Shown here piece after piece: positions 18,016-27,078 of a DNA stretch of 64,000 bases (positions are counted from its first letter, which is position 1; each line of letters starts with the position of its first letter). The position numbers and the translations under genes were made by a program. Origin of the DNA: an uncultured Candidatus Saccharibacteria bacterium. GTDB lineage: Bacteria; Patescibacteriota; Saccharimonadia; Saccharimonadales; JAUPVS01. The stretch is taken from contig CAZVKH010000001.1 of NCBI GenBank assembly GCA_964627095.1, positions 8,451 through 72,450 of the forward strand. Reading direction: 5' to 3'. Under the pieces are notes generated by a model, which had not been told where the DNA came from, searched no databases, and saw only the letters and a list, made by a program, of their open reading frames with translations.

Positions 18016-18181
18016 TTATGTTAGTGGGTAGTATTATAGCTTCCGCCCATGTTACTGACAATGAGTCGTATTTGCCACCTCTGTTATAAATACTAACTTT
18101 TAATTAAGAGTTAATATTACTCGTCATGCCCAACAAGCATAACGAATATGCTACAATAACGCCTAGGAATACATGTGTTGA

Positions 18182-18685
18182 ATGACTAAGAAGAATCTTC
18201 GTACCGTTAGCAGCAATCAGGATGGGTTCACCGTCCCTGAACTGCTTTTGATGGTTCTTATAATTATAATCCTGTCTGGACTTGTTCTGACCAACTATCA
18301 GGCCCAACGCGCCAAGCAAAGAGACAGCCAGCGGGTTCAAGACATTAACTTGATCGACAACAAGCTCGAAACCTACTACAACGACAAAAACGCCTACCCA
18401 GCCACCTTTTCTGCCCAAGACTTGTTTAATGTTGATGAAGCGGTCTTAAAAGATCCCGATGGCAAGATGATCGTTTTTCACCCAGCGGTGGGTGACTCGG
18501 TGGCGGCTCAGGCTGTTACCAACCCGAACGAAAAAAGTGCTTCGAGCTACCTCTACATACCTTATCCAACTGGCTGTACCAATGCTGCCAATAATTGCAC
18601 CGGTTTTGTACTTAAAACTTTCGTTGAAAAGCCCACCAGCACAACTCCCAACCCATACACCAAGGTTGGCATTAATAACAACTAA
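18182..18685 (+). CDS. type IV pilin / pseudopilin-like protein
   Basis: Class III leader MTKKNLRTVSSNQDG|FTVPELLLMVLIIIIL with G-1, F+1 and E+5, followed by a hydrophobic helix and a variable globular domain. Confidence 0.8.
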   Translation: MTKKNLRTVSSNQDGFTVPELLLMVLIIIILSGLVLTNYQAQRAKQRDSQRVQDINLIDNKLETYYNDKNAYPATFSAQDLFNVDEAVLKDPDGKMIVFHPAVGDSVAAQAVTNPNEKSASSYLYIPYPTGCTNAANNCTGFVLKTFVEKPTSTTPNPYTKVGINNN

Positions 18686-19266
18686 CGGCGACGGTTTCTA
18701 GAAGGATCGCTGTCTAGATATTTTTGACGGGCGTCTAATACTACTTTGCCGTAAAAGTTTGGTCGCGGGCAGTACTTAAAGTTAAAGTTTGCCTGCTCAC
18801 CGGCGGTTTCTACAATCAGATTGCCAAAACCAAAAATAGAGGCAAATATGCCCCGCTGCTTGGCGGTCACATCTTCTACGTTTGCTAGTGATAGTTCCGA
18901 GACTTTGCGATTAAATAGACCGTGCTGTAATACCTGGGTCAGATTCTTATTGCTTATGATAAGTTTGCTCTGCCTATAAATGTATGTGTAAAGCATTAGT
19001 ACCATCCAAACAGCGATTGCAATCAAGCCAATCACCACCGACAAAAATAGACGTAATTGTGAAAGCTGTTCGTTAGGGAACATAATCGGCGCCAGGAGCA
19101 TTAGCATAAATGAGCCCGCCACAAAACCAACTCCAACTTGGCAGTAAACTACAATAAGCCCGAATGAATGACGCTTAACTTCATAAAGTAAGGTTTCGCC
19201 TTCACTAATACCTTCTATAGTATTTTCGACGGTGTCTGGTGGCAGTGGGGTATCTGGATTCATCAC
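18682..19266 (-). CDS. membrane protein with bacterial PH (YdbS/YdbT-like) domain
   Basis: Two TM helices followed by a bPH-like beta-rich C-terminal region. Confidence 0.4.
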   Translation of the reverse strand: MMNPDTPLPPDTVENTIEGISEGETLLYEVKRHSFGLIVVYCQVGVGFVAGSFMLMLLAPIMFPNEQLSQLRLFLSVVIGLIAIAVWMVLMLYTYIYRQSKLIISNKNLTQVLQHGLFNRKVSELSLANVEDVTAKQRGIFASIFGFGNLIVETAGEQANFNFKYCPRPNFYGKVVLDARQKYLDSDPSRNRRR

Positions 19267-19271
19267 TGCTA

Positions 19272-20303
19272 TTATAGCAAGATTTCTTGTTCTTCAGGAG
19301 TGTCCGGAGTTTTACCTAGGTGCTTATAGGCCTTGCGTGTAACCTTGCGGCCGCGCGGAGTACGCTCCAGTAGCCCAATCTGCATAAGATAAGGTTCGTA
19401 AAAGTCTTCGATAGTAGAACGCTCCTCGGCTGTAAGGGCAGCTAATGTTTCGACACCAACTGGGCCACCTTGATAGTTGTCGATTATCGCCATTAAAAGC
19501 ATGCGGTCGGCTGGGTCAAGCCCCAGATCATCAACTTCTAACAGCCCCAGAGCTTGGGTACTAATTTCGGCGTCGATGATGCCGTCGCCATTAATGTCGG
19601 CGTAGTCACGTACTCGCTTTAGTAAACGATTGGCGATGCGCGGCGTAAGCCGAGCGCGTTTGGCTAGATCTTGGGCGGCGGCCTTATCAATCTTTATGCC
19701 AATGATCTTGGCGGCCCGTTCAATAATCTGCTGGACTTCGTCTGGAGTGTAGAACTCTAAGCGGTGTATCATGCCAAAACGATCACGTAGGGGAGCGGCC
19801 AAGGCACCAGTTCGGGTGGTGGCGCCAATAATTGTAAACTTGGGCAAATCTAAGCGCAGGCTGCGGGCGGTTGGGCCCTTACCAAGCATGATGTCGAGTT
19901 TGAAGTCTTCCATGGCACTGTAAAGAACCTCTTCGACCGAACGGTTCAAGCGGTGGATTTCGTCGATGAACAGAATATCGCCGTCCTGCAGGTTGGTTAG
20001 TAGGCTAGCCAAATCACCGGCCCGCTCCACAGCCGGGCCACTGGTGACGCGAATGTTGGCTCCCATTTCGTTGGCAATAACAGTTGCCATGGTCGTTTTG
20101 CCCAGGCCTGGTGGACCGTACAACAGAATATGGTCGAGCGGCTCTCCACGTTTGGTGGCGGCCGCAATCGCCAATTGCAAATTCTGTTTTAAACGCTTCT
20201 GCCCAATATAGTTGGTGAAGTCATGGGGGCGGAGTGTAATCTCTAACTCGGCCTCAATTGGGTCTTCTTCATCCTTGGTACTTACAATTCGTTCAATCGC
20301 CAT
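19272..20303 (-). CDS. ruvB: Holliday junction branch-migration helicase RuvB
   Basis: [12 protein letters not shown] Walker A, DEIHRL Walker B and a RuvB C-terminal winged helix. Confidence 0.95.
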   Translation of the reverse strand: MAIERIVSTKDEEDPIEAELEITLRPHDFTNYIGQKRLKQNLQLAIAAATKRGEPLDHILLYGPPGLGKTTMATVIANEMGANIRVTSGPAVERAGDLASLLTNLQDGDILFIDEIHRLNRSVEEVLYSAMEDFKLDIMLGKGPTARSLRLDLPKFTIIGATTRTGALAAPLRDRFGMIHRLEFYTPDEVQQIIERAAKIIGIKIDKAAAQDLAKRARLTPRIANRLLKRVRDYADINGDGIIDAEISTQALGLLEVDDLGLDPADRMLLMAIIDNYQGGPVGVETLAALTAEERSTIEDFYEPYLMQIGLLERTPRGRKVTRKAYKHLGKTPDTPEEQEILL

Positions 20304-20304
20304 A

Positions 20305-20886
20305 TTATTTTCCGGTTAAGGCTCGTTTAATGCGATCCTCAGTTGGGATGTCTTGCGGGATGCCAGCTAGGGCAGTGGCAGCATCGGGAGCAGTGTAACC
20401 CAAGGCCATCAAAGCCTCGACAGCTTCGTCCTGCACCAAACTTGCATCCGACTGTAATATACCCAAACTATCTAAATCAACGCCAGCCAAACCAACTTTA
20501 TCTTTTAGCTCAACGACAACTCGTTCGGCGACACGTTTTCCAACACCGTTAGCTTGCTGAATGAACTTGGTATCGCCACTTGCTAGTGCTCGCCTCACCT
20601 CACCCACTGTGCCAATACTTAACATGTTAAGTGCCATTCGTGGACCAATGCCATTGACTGAAAGGAGTAGTTCAAACAAATTTTTAGTTTCTAGGCTGCA
20701 GAAACCGTACAGGTCGTAACTGCTCTCTCTTATGTGTTCGTAGATGTAGAGCTTGGTCACCTGCTCTGGCGTCAGCTTTCCAAAGTCTTCAGCCGTTACT
20801 AGCAGCCCATAGCCAACCCCGGCGACGTTTAGAACAACGACGTCTTTCAGTTTTTCGGATACAGTCCCCTCTAACGTTGCAATCAT
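20305..20886 (-). CDS. ruvA: Holliday junction DNA-binding protein RuvA; start set at MIATLEG rather than the extended ORF start 20961
   Basis: MIATLEGTV...VAGVGYGL matches the RuvA N-terminus and there is a tandem HhH. The extended ORF would overlap the ruvC 3' end. Confidence 0.85.
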   Translation of the reverse strand: MIATLEGTVSEKLKDVVVLNVAGVGYGLLVTAEDFGKLTPEQVTKLYIYEHIRESSYDLYGFCSLETKNLFELLLSVNGIGPRMALNMLSIGTVGEVRRALASGDTKFIQQANGVGKRVAERVVVELKDKVGLAGVDLDSLGILQSDASLVQDEAVEALMALGYTAPDAATALAGIPQDIPTEDRIKRALTGK

Positions 20887-20908
20887 ATGATACTTATTAT
20901 CGCATATA

Positions 20909-21382
20909 TTACCGTAAAGCGGTGCTACAACAGATGGCCGCTGCCAATGCATCGGCAGCATCGTCCGGTTTTGGTATTTCTTTTAGATTGAGTAGCATAC
21001 GCACCATCTCTTGAACCTGCTTTTTGTCGGCTTTGCCATAGCCAGTCAACGACTGTTTTATTTGCTGAGGCGTGAACTCGTGCAGTTCCAGGCTATGCTG
21101 CTTACCGCAGAGCAGAACTACGCCACGGGCCTGTGAAACACTCATTGCCGTTGTAACATTCTGGGCGAAGAAGAGCTTTTCTACCGACATAACTGTTGGT
21201 TGGGTGCTTTTGATGATCTCGTGCAGCTCGTCATAAATTGTACTTAGACGCTCGCTATCGGCCTGCTTAACTGGCGTTCGGATGACACCGGCGTCAACCA
21301 GCGAAAGCTTCCCTTGCTTACTGACTTCAACGACGCCGAAACCAAGAATACCGGTACCTGGGTCAATCCCTAAAATTCTCAT
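20909..21382 (-). CDS. ruvC: crossover junction endodeoxyribonuclease RuvC
   Basis: MRILGIDPGTGILGFGV matches the RuvC catalytic N-terminus. Length 157 aa. Confidence 0.9.
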   Translation of the reverse strand: MRILGIDPGTGILGFGVVEVSKQGKLSLVDAGVIRTPVKQADSERLSTIYDELHEIIKSTQPTVMSVEKLFFAQNVTTAMSVSQARGVVLLCGKQHSLELHEFTPQQIKQSLTGYGKADKKQVQEMVRMLLNLKEIPKPDDAADALAAAICCSTALR

Positions 21383-21401
21383 AGTAGTAGCATAGCAGAG
21401 G

Positions 21402-22928
21402 CTAGTTGGTTATTAGGCTTTTAATACGTTGCACCAGTCGGCTTATTTCTTGGCGGTATTCATACGCGCCGTAGCTAACGATGATTATCATGACAGCCCC
21501 GATGATTACTATGTGACCCTTGCGTGGAGCAACAGTTTTATCGCCCAGAACCTTACCTGTTGTCTTGGCCACAATTTTGCGGCAGCGGCCAGTAGTGGGG
21601 TTGCGCTCTTGGCCGGCCTCGCAGGCTTTTTGAGTGCTGGCAGTTTCGATTTTGCGACAACGATTGGTCGCTGGATTCTTTTCTTGCCCAACCGGGCAGG
21701 TAATGGCTGCTAAGACTGCTAGCTTGCGGCAACGGCCAGTTTCGGGATTACGTTCTTGATCAGCATTGCAAGCCACCAAAACAGCAGATTCTTCGTTAGA
21801 CTTGCAGCGTCCGGTGGCAGGGTTGCGGAACTTACCAGCTGGGCATGGTTCTGCCTCGCCTTGCTCGGTTTGCTGTGCTGATTCACTTACGAGTAAGTTT
21901 TCCAAAGCTGGCGTTGGCTGTTTGGTTAGCGCCCAGAATCCGTTTACCAAAGCCCAGGCTTCGTCATCGGATAGGGCTGGGTAATTAACTGATGTTGTTT
22001 CAGTTATAGTCTCGAGGGTTACCACACCGCCACTGTTACCCAACTGAAGAGCCGAGACTGAGTAGTAGACAGCCTTGTATTCGTGGGCCTGTATTGTGGT
22101 TTGTTCAGGAAAAATATACTCCTTGGTGGCCGTGCGAAGCTTGCAGCCATGTAGTGATTGAGTTTGGTCGGTTGGATTATATATTTCTATAAATTCGCCA
22201 AGTGTATCGTCGCCGGCTGGGTTGGGCAAAATTTCGTTAATCTGAATGCCCTGGCAAGTTGGCTGTGAACTCGTGGGTGGCGGCACCGAAGGTGGCAGAC
22301 TTGGTGGGGTTACGCTAACGCTATATATATTGCCACCTTGCGGTGTGGCCGGCTTATAATTGGCAACACCATCTGACTTGTTGTACAGACCATTGGTTGT
22401 TGGTCTTTGTAGCGTATAGCTAGGTCCCGCTACGGCCGACACCTTATCGCAGCCAGTAATAGTAGTCGCCGAGCCCCAAGCCACGCAGTCGACCATGGTC
22501 GTGCCGTTCATCAACCTAACATGTCCGCCAGACTTAGCTAGAAATCCAGAAGTTGATACATCACCAGCACCAAAGATACTATCTGGTGCAACCGGGTAAT
22601 ACCCGTCGTGCTCCCAGATTCCATGGCCATTACCGCTTATTTGTCCGGAAATTGTGTCGATAATTTGGGTGGCGGCAGCTGTGCCATTATGCGAAGCTGA
22701 CAGATATTCTAGTCGCCAACCGGTCATATTAACCGCTGCGCCCGTAGTATTTGTTAGCTCAACGAATTCCTGTCGTGGGTATTCTACCCCAGCGCTGTCG
22801 ATAAAGCCGGTCTGAACTTCGGTAATAAGAACTGATGGCTGGACGGCGCCAACTGGCGAAGCCATACACAGCTGTAAGACAACTAATGTAGTGGCGCCAA
22901 GGCTTAGTGCGGTTAGATATTTCTTCAT
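21402..22928 (-). CDS. secreted lamin-tail-domain (LTD) surface protein with four C-terminal Cys-containing tandem repeats and a TM anchor; the first ATG is at 22928 (the table ORF starts at TTG 22967)
   Basis: Signal peptide MKKYLTALSLGATTLVVLQLCMA. Two LTD-like motifs (EFVELTN...TGWRL and EFIEIYNP...). Four repeats C-x2-GQERNP-x-TGRCRK, then a hydrophobic anchor. The 19-nt gap to ruvC suggests co-transcription. Confidence 0.55.
   Translation of the reverse strand: MKKYLTALSLGATTLVVLQLCMASPVGAVQPSVLITEVQTGFIDSAGVEYPRQEFVELTNTTGAAVNMTGWRLEYLSASHNGTAAATQIIDTISGQISGNGHGIWEHDGYYPVAPDSIFGAGDVSTSGFLAKSGGHVRLMNGTTMVDCVAWGSATTITGCDKVSAVAGPSYTLQRPTTNGLYNKSDGVANYKPATPQGGNIYSVSVTPPSLPPSVPPPTSSQPTCQGIQINEILPNPAGDDTLGEFIEIYNPTDQTQSLHGCKLRTATKEYIFPEQTTIQAHEYKAVYYSVSALQLGNSGGVVTLETITETTSVNYPALSDDEAWALVNGFWALTKQPTPALENLLVSESAQQTEQGEAEPCPAGKFRNPATGRCKSNEESAVLVACNADQERNPETGRCRKLAVLAAITCPVGQEKNPATNRCRKIETASTQKACEAGQERNPTTGRCRKIVAKTTGKVLGDKTVAPRKGHIVIIGAVMIIIVSYGAYEYRQEISRLVQRIKSLITN
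21576..21845 (-). repeat. four tandem ~24-codon repeats encoding CxxGQERNPxTGRCRK units inside the LTD gene
   Basis: Read from the translation: CPAGKFRNPATGRCK / CNADQERNPETGRCRK / CPVGQEKNPATNRCRK / CEAGQERNPTTGRCRK. Confidence 0.6.
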
Positions 22929-22936
22929 AGTGCAGC

Positions 22937-22967
22937 CATAGTAAAACGACCACAACAACAGCGTCAA
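22937..22967 (-). promoter_or_regulatory. promoter TTGACG-17-TACTAT-9-ATG for the LTD gene (leaderless layout)
   Basis: Direct reading of the minus strand upstream of ATG 22928. Confidence 0.5.
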
Positions 22968-23045
22968 AACTATCCAATTAACAGTTAATTAATAGTTAAT
23001 ATTACCCTATTGGACCTTAATTAAATCTAGGCGAATTATTAACTT

Positions 23046-23777
23046 TTAATTAGCTAGAAATTCTTCTGGAATATCAAAATTGACGTGCGTATTGCTAACG
23101 TCATCAATGCTATCAATGGCATCCATCAGTCGTAAAATTTTACCGGCGGTGGCTTCGTCTTCCACGGTAACGGTATTATTGGGAACATAGGTTAGTTCAG
23201 CTTCAGTAATTTCTAGGTCAGCCGCCTTAAGGGCATCACGAACCTTACCCAGTTCTTTGGCATCGGTGTAGATGACTGACTCGTTTTCTTCTTCCTGGAC
23301 ATCCTCAGCGCCAGCGTCGAGCGCAGTTAGCATTAACTCGTCTCCAACGCCATTAACCCGAATCATGCCTTTGTGATCAAACTGGAAGGCGACAGCGCCC
23401 TTTTCGGCAATACTGCCACCATGTTTACTAAAAGCCAGTTTTACTTCTGGATAAGTGCGGTTGATGTTATCGGTAGCAACCTCAACTAAAATGGCGACGC
23501 CACCTGGCCCGTAACCTTCGTAAAGTAATTCCTGAATCTGTTCGCCACCTAGTTTGCCGGAACCACGGTCAATCGAACGCTGAATATTGGCCACCGGCAT
23601 GTTTGATGCTTTGGCACGGTCAATTGCCAAGCGTAAGCTGAAGTTCATATCGGGGTCGGCACCAGCGCGGGCGGCCACTGCAATGGCATTACCAAGTTTA
23701 GTAAACAAAGCACCACGAGCGGTATCTTTGGCGCCCTTTTGACGTTTGATTGTTGACCACTTAGAATGACCTGACAT
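23046..23777 (-). CDS. yebC: YebC/PmpR-family transcriptional regulator
   Basis: MSGHSKWSTIKRQKGAKDTARG matches the YebC N-terminus. Confidence 0.9.
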   Translation of the reverse strand: MSGHSKWSTIKRQKGAKDTARGALFTKLGNAIAVAARAGADPDMNFSLRLAIDRAKASNMPVANIQRSIDRGSGKLGGEQIQELLYEGYGPGGVAILVEVATDNINRTYPEVKLAFSKHGGSIAEKGAVAFQFDHKGMIRVNGVGDELMLTALDAGAEDVQEEENESVIYTDAKELGKVRDALKAADLEITEAELTYVPNNTVTVEDEATAGKILRLMDAIDSIDDVSNTHVNFDIPEEFLAN

Positions 23778-23782
23778 ATCTG

Positions 23783-25207
23783 TTATTCTAGCACATTTTG
23801 GACGTTTCGGCGAACGGCAATTCGTTTGAGCAACATTACCACAATAACAATCGCACCATAAGCTATGGTCATACTATAGACATCTATGGAAAGTTCAGCG
23901 GCGGCATGCGGGAGCCGGCTAAATTGGGCCGAGATGTCGATCATGTAGGTGAGCAGGGTCTTGGCGGGCCAGGCCAAAAGCCCAGAAACCGGCAGCCACG
24001 ACAGAGGACCTAAACCGGCGATCAAGGTTAACAACATGGCTAGCGGCACCAATGGAACAACCAAGACGTTGGCAACAAGACCGATAATCGATACCCGGCC
24101 AAATATATACATGATTATAGGCACGGTCATAACTTGAGCTGACACGGTTTCGGTAACTAGGCTACCAAGCAGCTTGGGTGACTTACGCCGCAGCCCACTT
24201 ATAGCCGGGGCAATTACCAACACTCCAAAGAATGCCAGGAATGACAAGTACCAGCCAATGTCCGACCAAATATAGTATGGGTTCCAAGCAGCTGTAATGG
24301 CGGCAGCCAGAGCCAGTAGTAACACCGGCTTAAACTGACGACCATAATACCAAGCTAACAAACTTAGGCTGCTAACTAGTGCGGCTCGTATTATTGAAGC
24401 ACTTAGGCCAGTGAGCATTACAAACACCAGCATTAATGCGCTGGCTGCTACCACAATCTGAAACTTTGAGCCCTTCTGCAAAAGCTTGCGGACGGCCATG
24501 ATAATGATCGTTAGGTTATAGCCCGAAACAGCCACCAGGTGCGTTAAGCCGGTGACCGAAAGCTGGTCATTGACTTCTTTTGGGATGGTACTTCTCTGAC
24601 CCAATAATAAACCGGCTCCAAAAGATGCTTCGGGTTCGGGTATTGAAGACTGCAGGCCGGCAATAAACCGCCGCCGCACCACATCGAGCCGTGACTGATG
24701 GCGCTGCGTAACTTTAATGTTGGCAAAACTCATTCGAGCCTGGGCAGCACCGCGCGTGGGGCTGAGCTTACCAGAGACTTGTAGTTGATCACCGCGGTAG
24801 ACCATTGATTCACCGCGGCCCTCGACCTTGATCTTTCCAAGCAAAGCAACAGTTTCAGGCTGCCTAACAACAAGCTGGTTGGCATCAAAACTTAACATAC
24901 CTTTGTCGCTATATACGGCATCGGTTTCGGCCTGTGCCGTAACTACGACTGGCCTAGCAAACAATGACTTATAACGAGACAGCTGGTACATATAGGCAGT
25001 ACCCCTAAATAGCCCTAACTGGAATCCACAACACAATAGCAGCAAACAACTAAGCACATTCTGCCAACGATAAACTGCCGCCATGAAAACAAAACTTGCA
25101 GCCAGCAGCAAAGTTTGCCGATATTCAATTCGGCGGGCCGCCACCAAGCCAAGTAAGACAGCCAAGAAAAAGCCCACCAGTTGGGTGTTTTGTTTAAAGT
25201 AGTTCAC
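23783..25207 (-). CDS. comEC: ComEC/Rec2-family DNA internalisation channel (short form without metallo-beta-lactamase domain)
   Basis: Polytopic protein with the competence-domain motif GLTHLVAVSGYNLTII. 474 aa. Confidence 0.75.
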   Translation of the reverse strand: MNYFKQNTQLVGFFLAVLLGLVAARRIEYRQTLLLAASFVFMAAVYRWQNVLSCLLLLCCGFQLGLFRGTAYMYQLSRYKSLFARPVVVTAQAETDAVYSDKGMLSFDANQLVVRQPETVALLGKIKVEGRGESMVYRGDQLQVSGKLSPTRGAAQARMSFANIKVTQRHQSRLDVVRRRFIAGLQSSIPEPEASFGAGLLLGQRSTIPKEVNDQLSVTGLTHLVAVSGYNLTIIIMAVRKLLQKGSKFQIVVAASALMLVFVMLTGLSASIIRAALVSSLSLLAWYYGRQFKPVLLLALAAAITAAWNPYYIWSDIGWYLSFLAFFGVLVIAPAISGLRRKSPKLLGSLVTETVSAQVMTVPIIMYIFGRVSIIGLVANVLVVPLVPLAMLLTLIAGLGPLSWLPVSGLLAWPAKTLLTYMIDISAQFSRLPHAAAELSIDVYSMTIAYGAIVIVVMLLKRIAVRRNVQNVLE

Positions 25208-25241
25208 CTAGCCACATTACATGGCCAGTATTAAGAAGTTC

Positions 25242-26750
25242 TTAACTTTCGCTGAAGACTTTTTGGACTAATTCAAGTTGCCTTTGGTTAGTCGGATCAA
25301 ACTTAGCCTTAAATACTAGGTCAAGCATCGCCGGGTCGTTTTTATACTTTTCCCAAAATGTGACAACTCGCTGCTTACCCTCTAAGTATGCCAAGTCTTT
25401 GTTAAATGTAAGTAGGTGATGCTCCCCGTCAGAAAGTCTATCATCAACGCTGGTTGGCGTGCCTCTAAATATTCGAACGCAGCCCGCGTAAGTGTTGTTT
25501 TGAGCGGTAGAAATTTGTTTTTCAGTTGGCTCTTCGCCGCTTTGAGCTTTTATCAACACTCGTGCCCGCCAAAGTGTTTCGAATACCTTGCGAAAGTCAT
25601 TTCCTTCGTAAGCTAAACCGTAGGCTGCATATCGCTCCAGATTCGGTGCATCCCAACTCGTATCCTCACCTGTTGTTGCTTTCTCGCAAGTCGAAGCAAA
25701 ACCTTCTTCGAAAGTCAGGTAGTCACTTACTTCGCCAGGTTCGGCAGCCGTGTATAGCCCCGTCCCAACCACCGGAATATCTGTCTCGATGCCACTCATG
25801 GCCCGGCCAGCATGAACTATGTATTCGTGCACTACTTTACTTAACATCTCTTTTGCAGAAGAAATAGGACCACGCTTGCCACCAATTACTACAGCCATCT
25901 GTTCTGTTTCCCAAGAAAGTGCAGTCGCCGATGGGTCGATAAGCACTTGGATTCCAGAACTATTATCAGGGTCACGCTGTTGATGAATAAGACTAAAGAT
26001 AGCGTACATATCATCGACGGTAAAATGCTGTTCTTCCGTCGGTCTTGGCTTAACATTTTCGTCCCAATACCGTAATATAGTCGGCTCAAGATCTGGGTTA
26101 TCGCTCAAGACTTTCTCATCCAGATAATCGAGTAGTTCTTGAGGTAGTGGCTTAAGTGGCTCGGCATCATTACGCTTAAGTGGAGATACGACGATAGATT
26201 TGCCTGCAACTTCTACCACAAAGCCATGTTCTAGCTCTTGCTTGAGTTGTTGCCCAACTCCAACCAACTCCTTGCCATCAATCTGACGCCAAATTTCACT
26301 TACTACGCCAGCGTACAAGTCTTGATCGGGTTTGCCGTACAGCTGTTCGTTCAGGTTTTGAACATAGCTAGCCCGGCGATCAAGTTCGTCTTCTGACATC
26401 GTAAAGTGGCCATCAATAAGTTCTTTGGCGCTTAGCAACCAATACATCTCGGCCATTCGATAAGCTGCGCTGTCCCAAATTGCCTCTTTGGCAGTCTGGT
26501 CGGGCTGCGCCTCGGCTAGTTTTAGAACCTCACCCAGAACAGATATGCCATTTCTTAGTTCGTTTTCATCTAAAACTGGGTAATCAAGGGTGGGGTTAAC
26601 AACATCGCCTGCGAGAAAATCATCTCTTTGTTGAGCCCGCTCATCTTTGTCGCCCGCCAAACGTTTATACGACTGAAATGCGATTTCAGGAGTATTGAGA
26701 GGATGGAGTTGTTCGCGTAGCGAGACTCCTTCAAGAAGTATCTCTGACAT
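25242..26750 (-). CDS. DUF1704/MATCAP-like putative HExxxH metallopeptidase; true start ATG 26750, and the table extension to 26912 is a TTG read-through across the ncRNA
   Basis: HEYIVH (HExxxH) and an EEGFA motif resembling the QEGLA family signature. TATAAT lies 6 nt upstream of ATG 26750. Confidence 0.5.
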   Translation of the reverse strand: MSEILLEGVSLREQLHPLNTPEIAFQSYKRLAGDKDERAQQRDDFLAGDVVNPTLDYPVLDENELRNGISVLGEVLKLAEAQPDQTAKEAIWDSAAYRMAEMYWLLSAKELIDGHFTMSEDELDRRASYVQNLNEQLYGKPDQDLYAGVVSEIWRQIDGKELVGVGQQLKQELEHGFVVEVAGKSIVVSPLKRNDAEPLKPLPQELLDYLDEKVLSDNPDLEPTILRYWDENVKPRPTEEQHFTVDDMYAIFSLIHQQRDPDNSSGIQVLIDPSATALSWETEQMAVVIGGKRGPISSAKEMLSKVVHEYIVHAGRAMSGIETDIPVVGTGLYTAAEPGEVSDYLTFEEGFASTCEKATTGEDTSWDAPNLERYAAYGLAYEGNDFRKVFETLWRARVLIKAQSGEEPTEKQISTAQNNTYAGCVRIFRGTPTSVDDRLSDGEHHLLTFNKDLAYLEGKQRVVTFWEKYKNDPAMLDLVFKAKFDPTNQRQLELVQKVFSES

Positions 26751-26789
26751 ATACATATTATAACATAATAGAATGAGTTTTACGATGCC

Positions 26790-26928
26790 ACTGGGGCAAC
26801 GCACATCTACGGCCTTGCTCGGAATGCATTCCTGCGCATGGCCTTGATGACCGAACCCCGGCTGCGCCGTTTGGGTTCTCGGCGCGTGCTCCATGAAAAA
26901 AGCCGAACACAAGGTTCGACTGTTTTCA
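26790..26928 (-). ncRNA. candidate structured ncRNA, copy 1, immediately 3' of tRNA-Lys on the same strand
   Basis: A 5' hairpin (9-bp stem CCAUGAAAA/UUUUCAUGG enclosing GUCGAAC/GUUCGGC) is followed by a 67-nt imperfect long hairpin. The long hairpin is about 85% identical to copy 2 (53730..53868). The 5' hairpin differs in sequence between copies but keeps its pairing. G-U pairs form only on the minus-strand reading. Confidence 0.55.
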
Positions 26929-27005
26929 TGGAGGGCCCACTGGGACTCGAACCCAGGACACCCTGCTTAAAAGGCAGGTGCTCTAACCGGCTGAGCTATG
27001 GGCCC
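26929..27005 (-). tRNA. tRNA-Lys (TTT)
   Basis: Acceptor GGGCCCA/UGGGCCC, anticodon arm CCUGC-cuUUUaa-GCAGG, T-arm GGGUUCGAGUCCC and an encoded CCA. Confidence 0.85.
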
Positions 27006-27078
27006 ACATAGATCAAGAATTGCCGAATTAACTTCTTACATTATCCGTATTTTTGCCAAAAAGTCAATGTTCGGCGCT

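Noticed and set aside
26751-26912. N-terminal 54 codons of ORF 25242..26912
   Set aside because: They start at TTG and translate straight across the conserved tRNA-flank RNA element. A TATAAT lies 6 nt before the internal ATG at 26750, which is taken as the real start.
26790-26928. Assignment of the tRNA-flank elements as SRP (4.5S) RNA
   Set aside because: There is a partial resemblance (AGG / AGCA around an apical stem, AAGGC.GUAGAUG 3' strand). But the apical loop is UGCA/UAUA and not GNRA, the symmetric and asymmetric loop pattern does not fit, and two diverged copies exist. Left as an unassigned structured RNA pending an Rfam scan.
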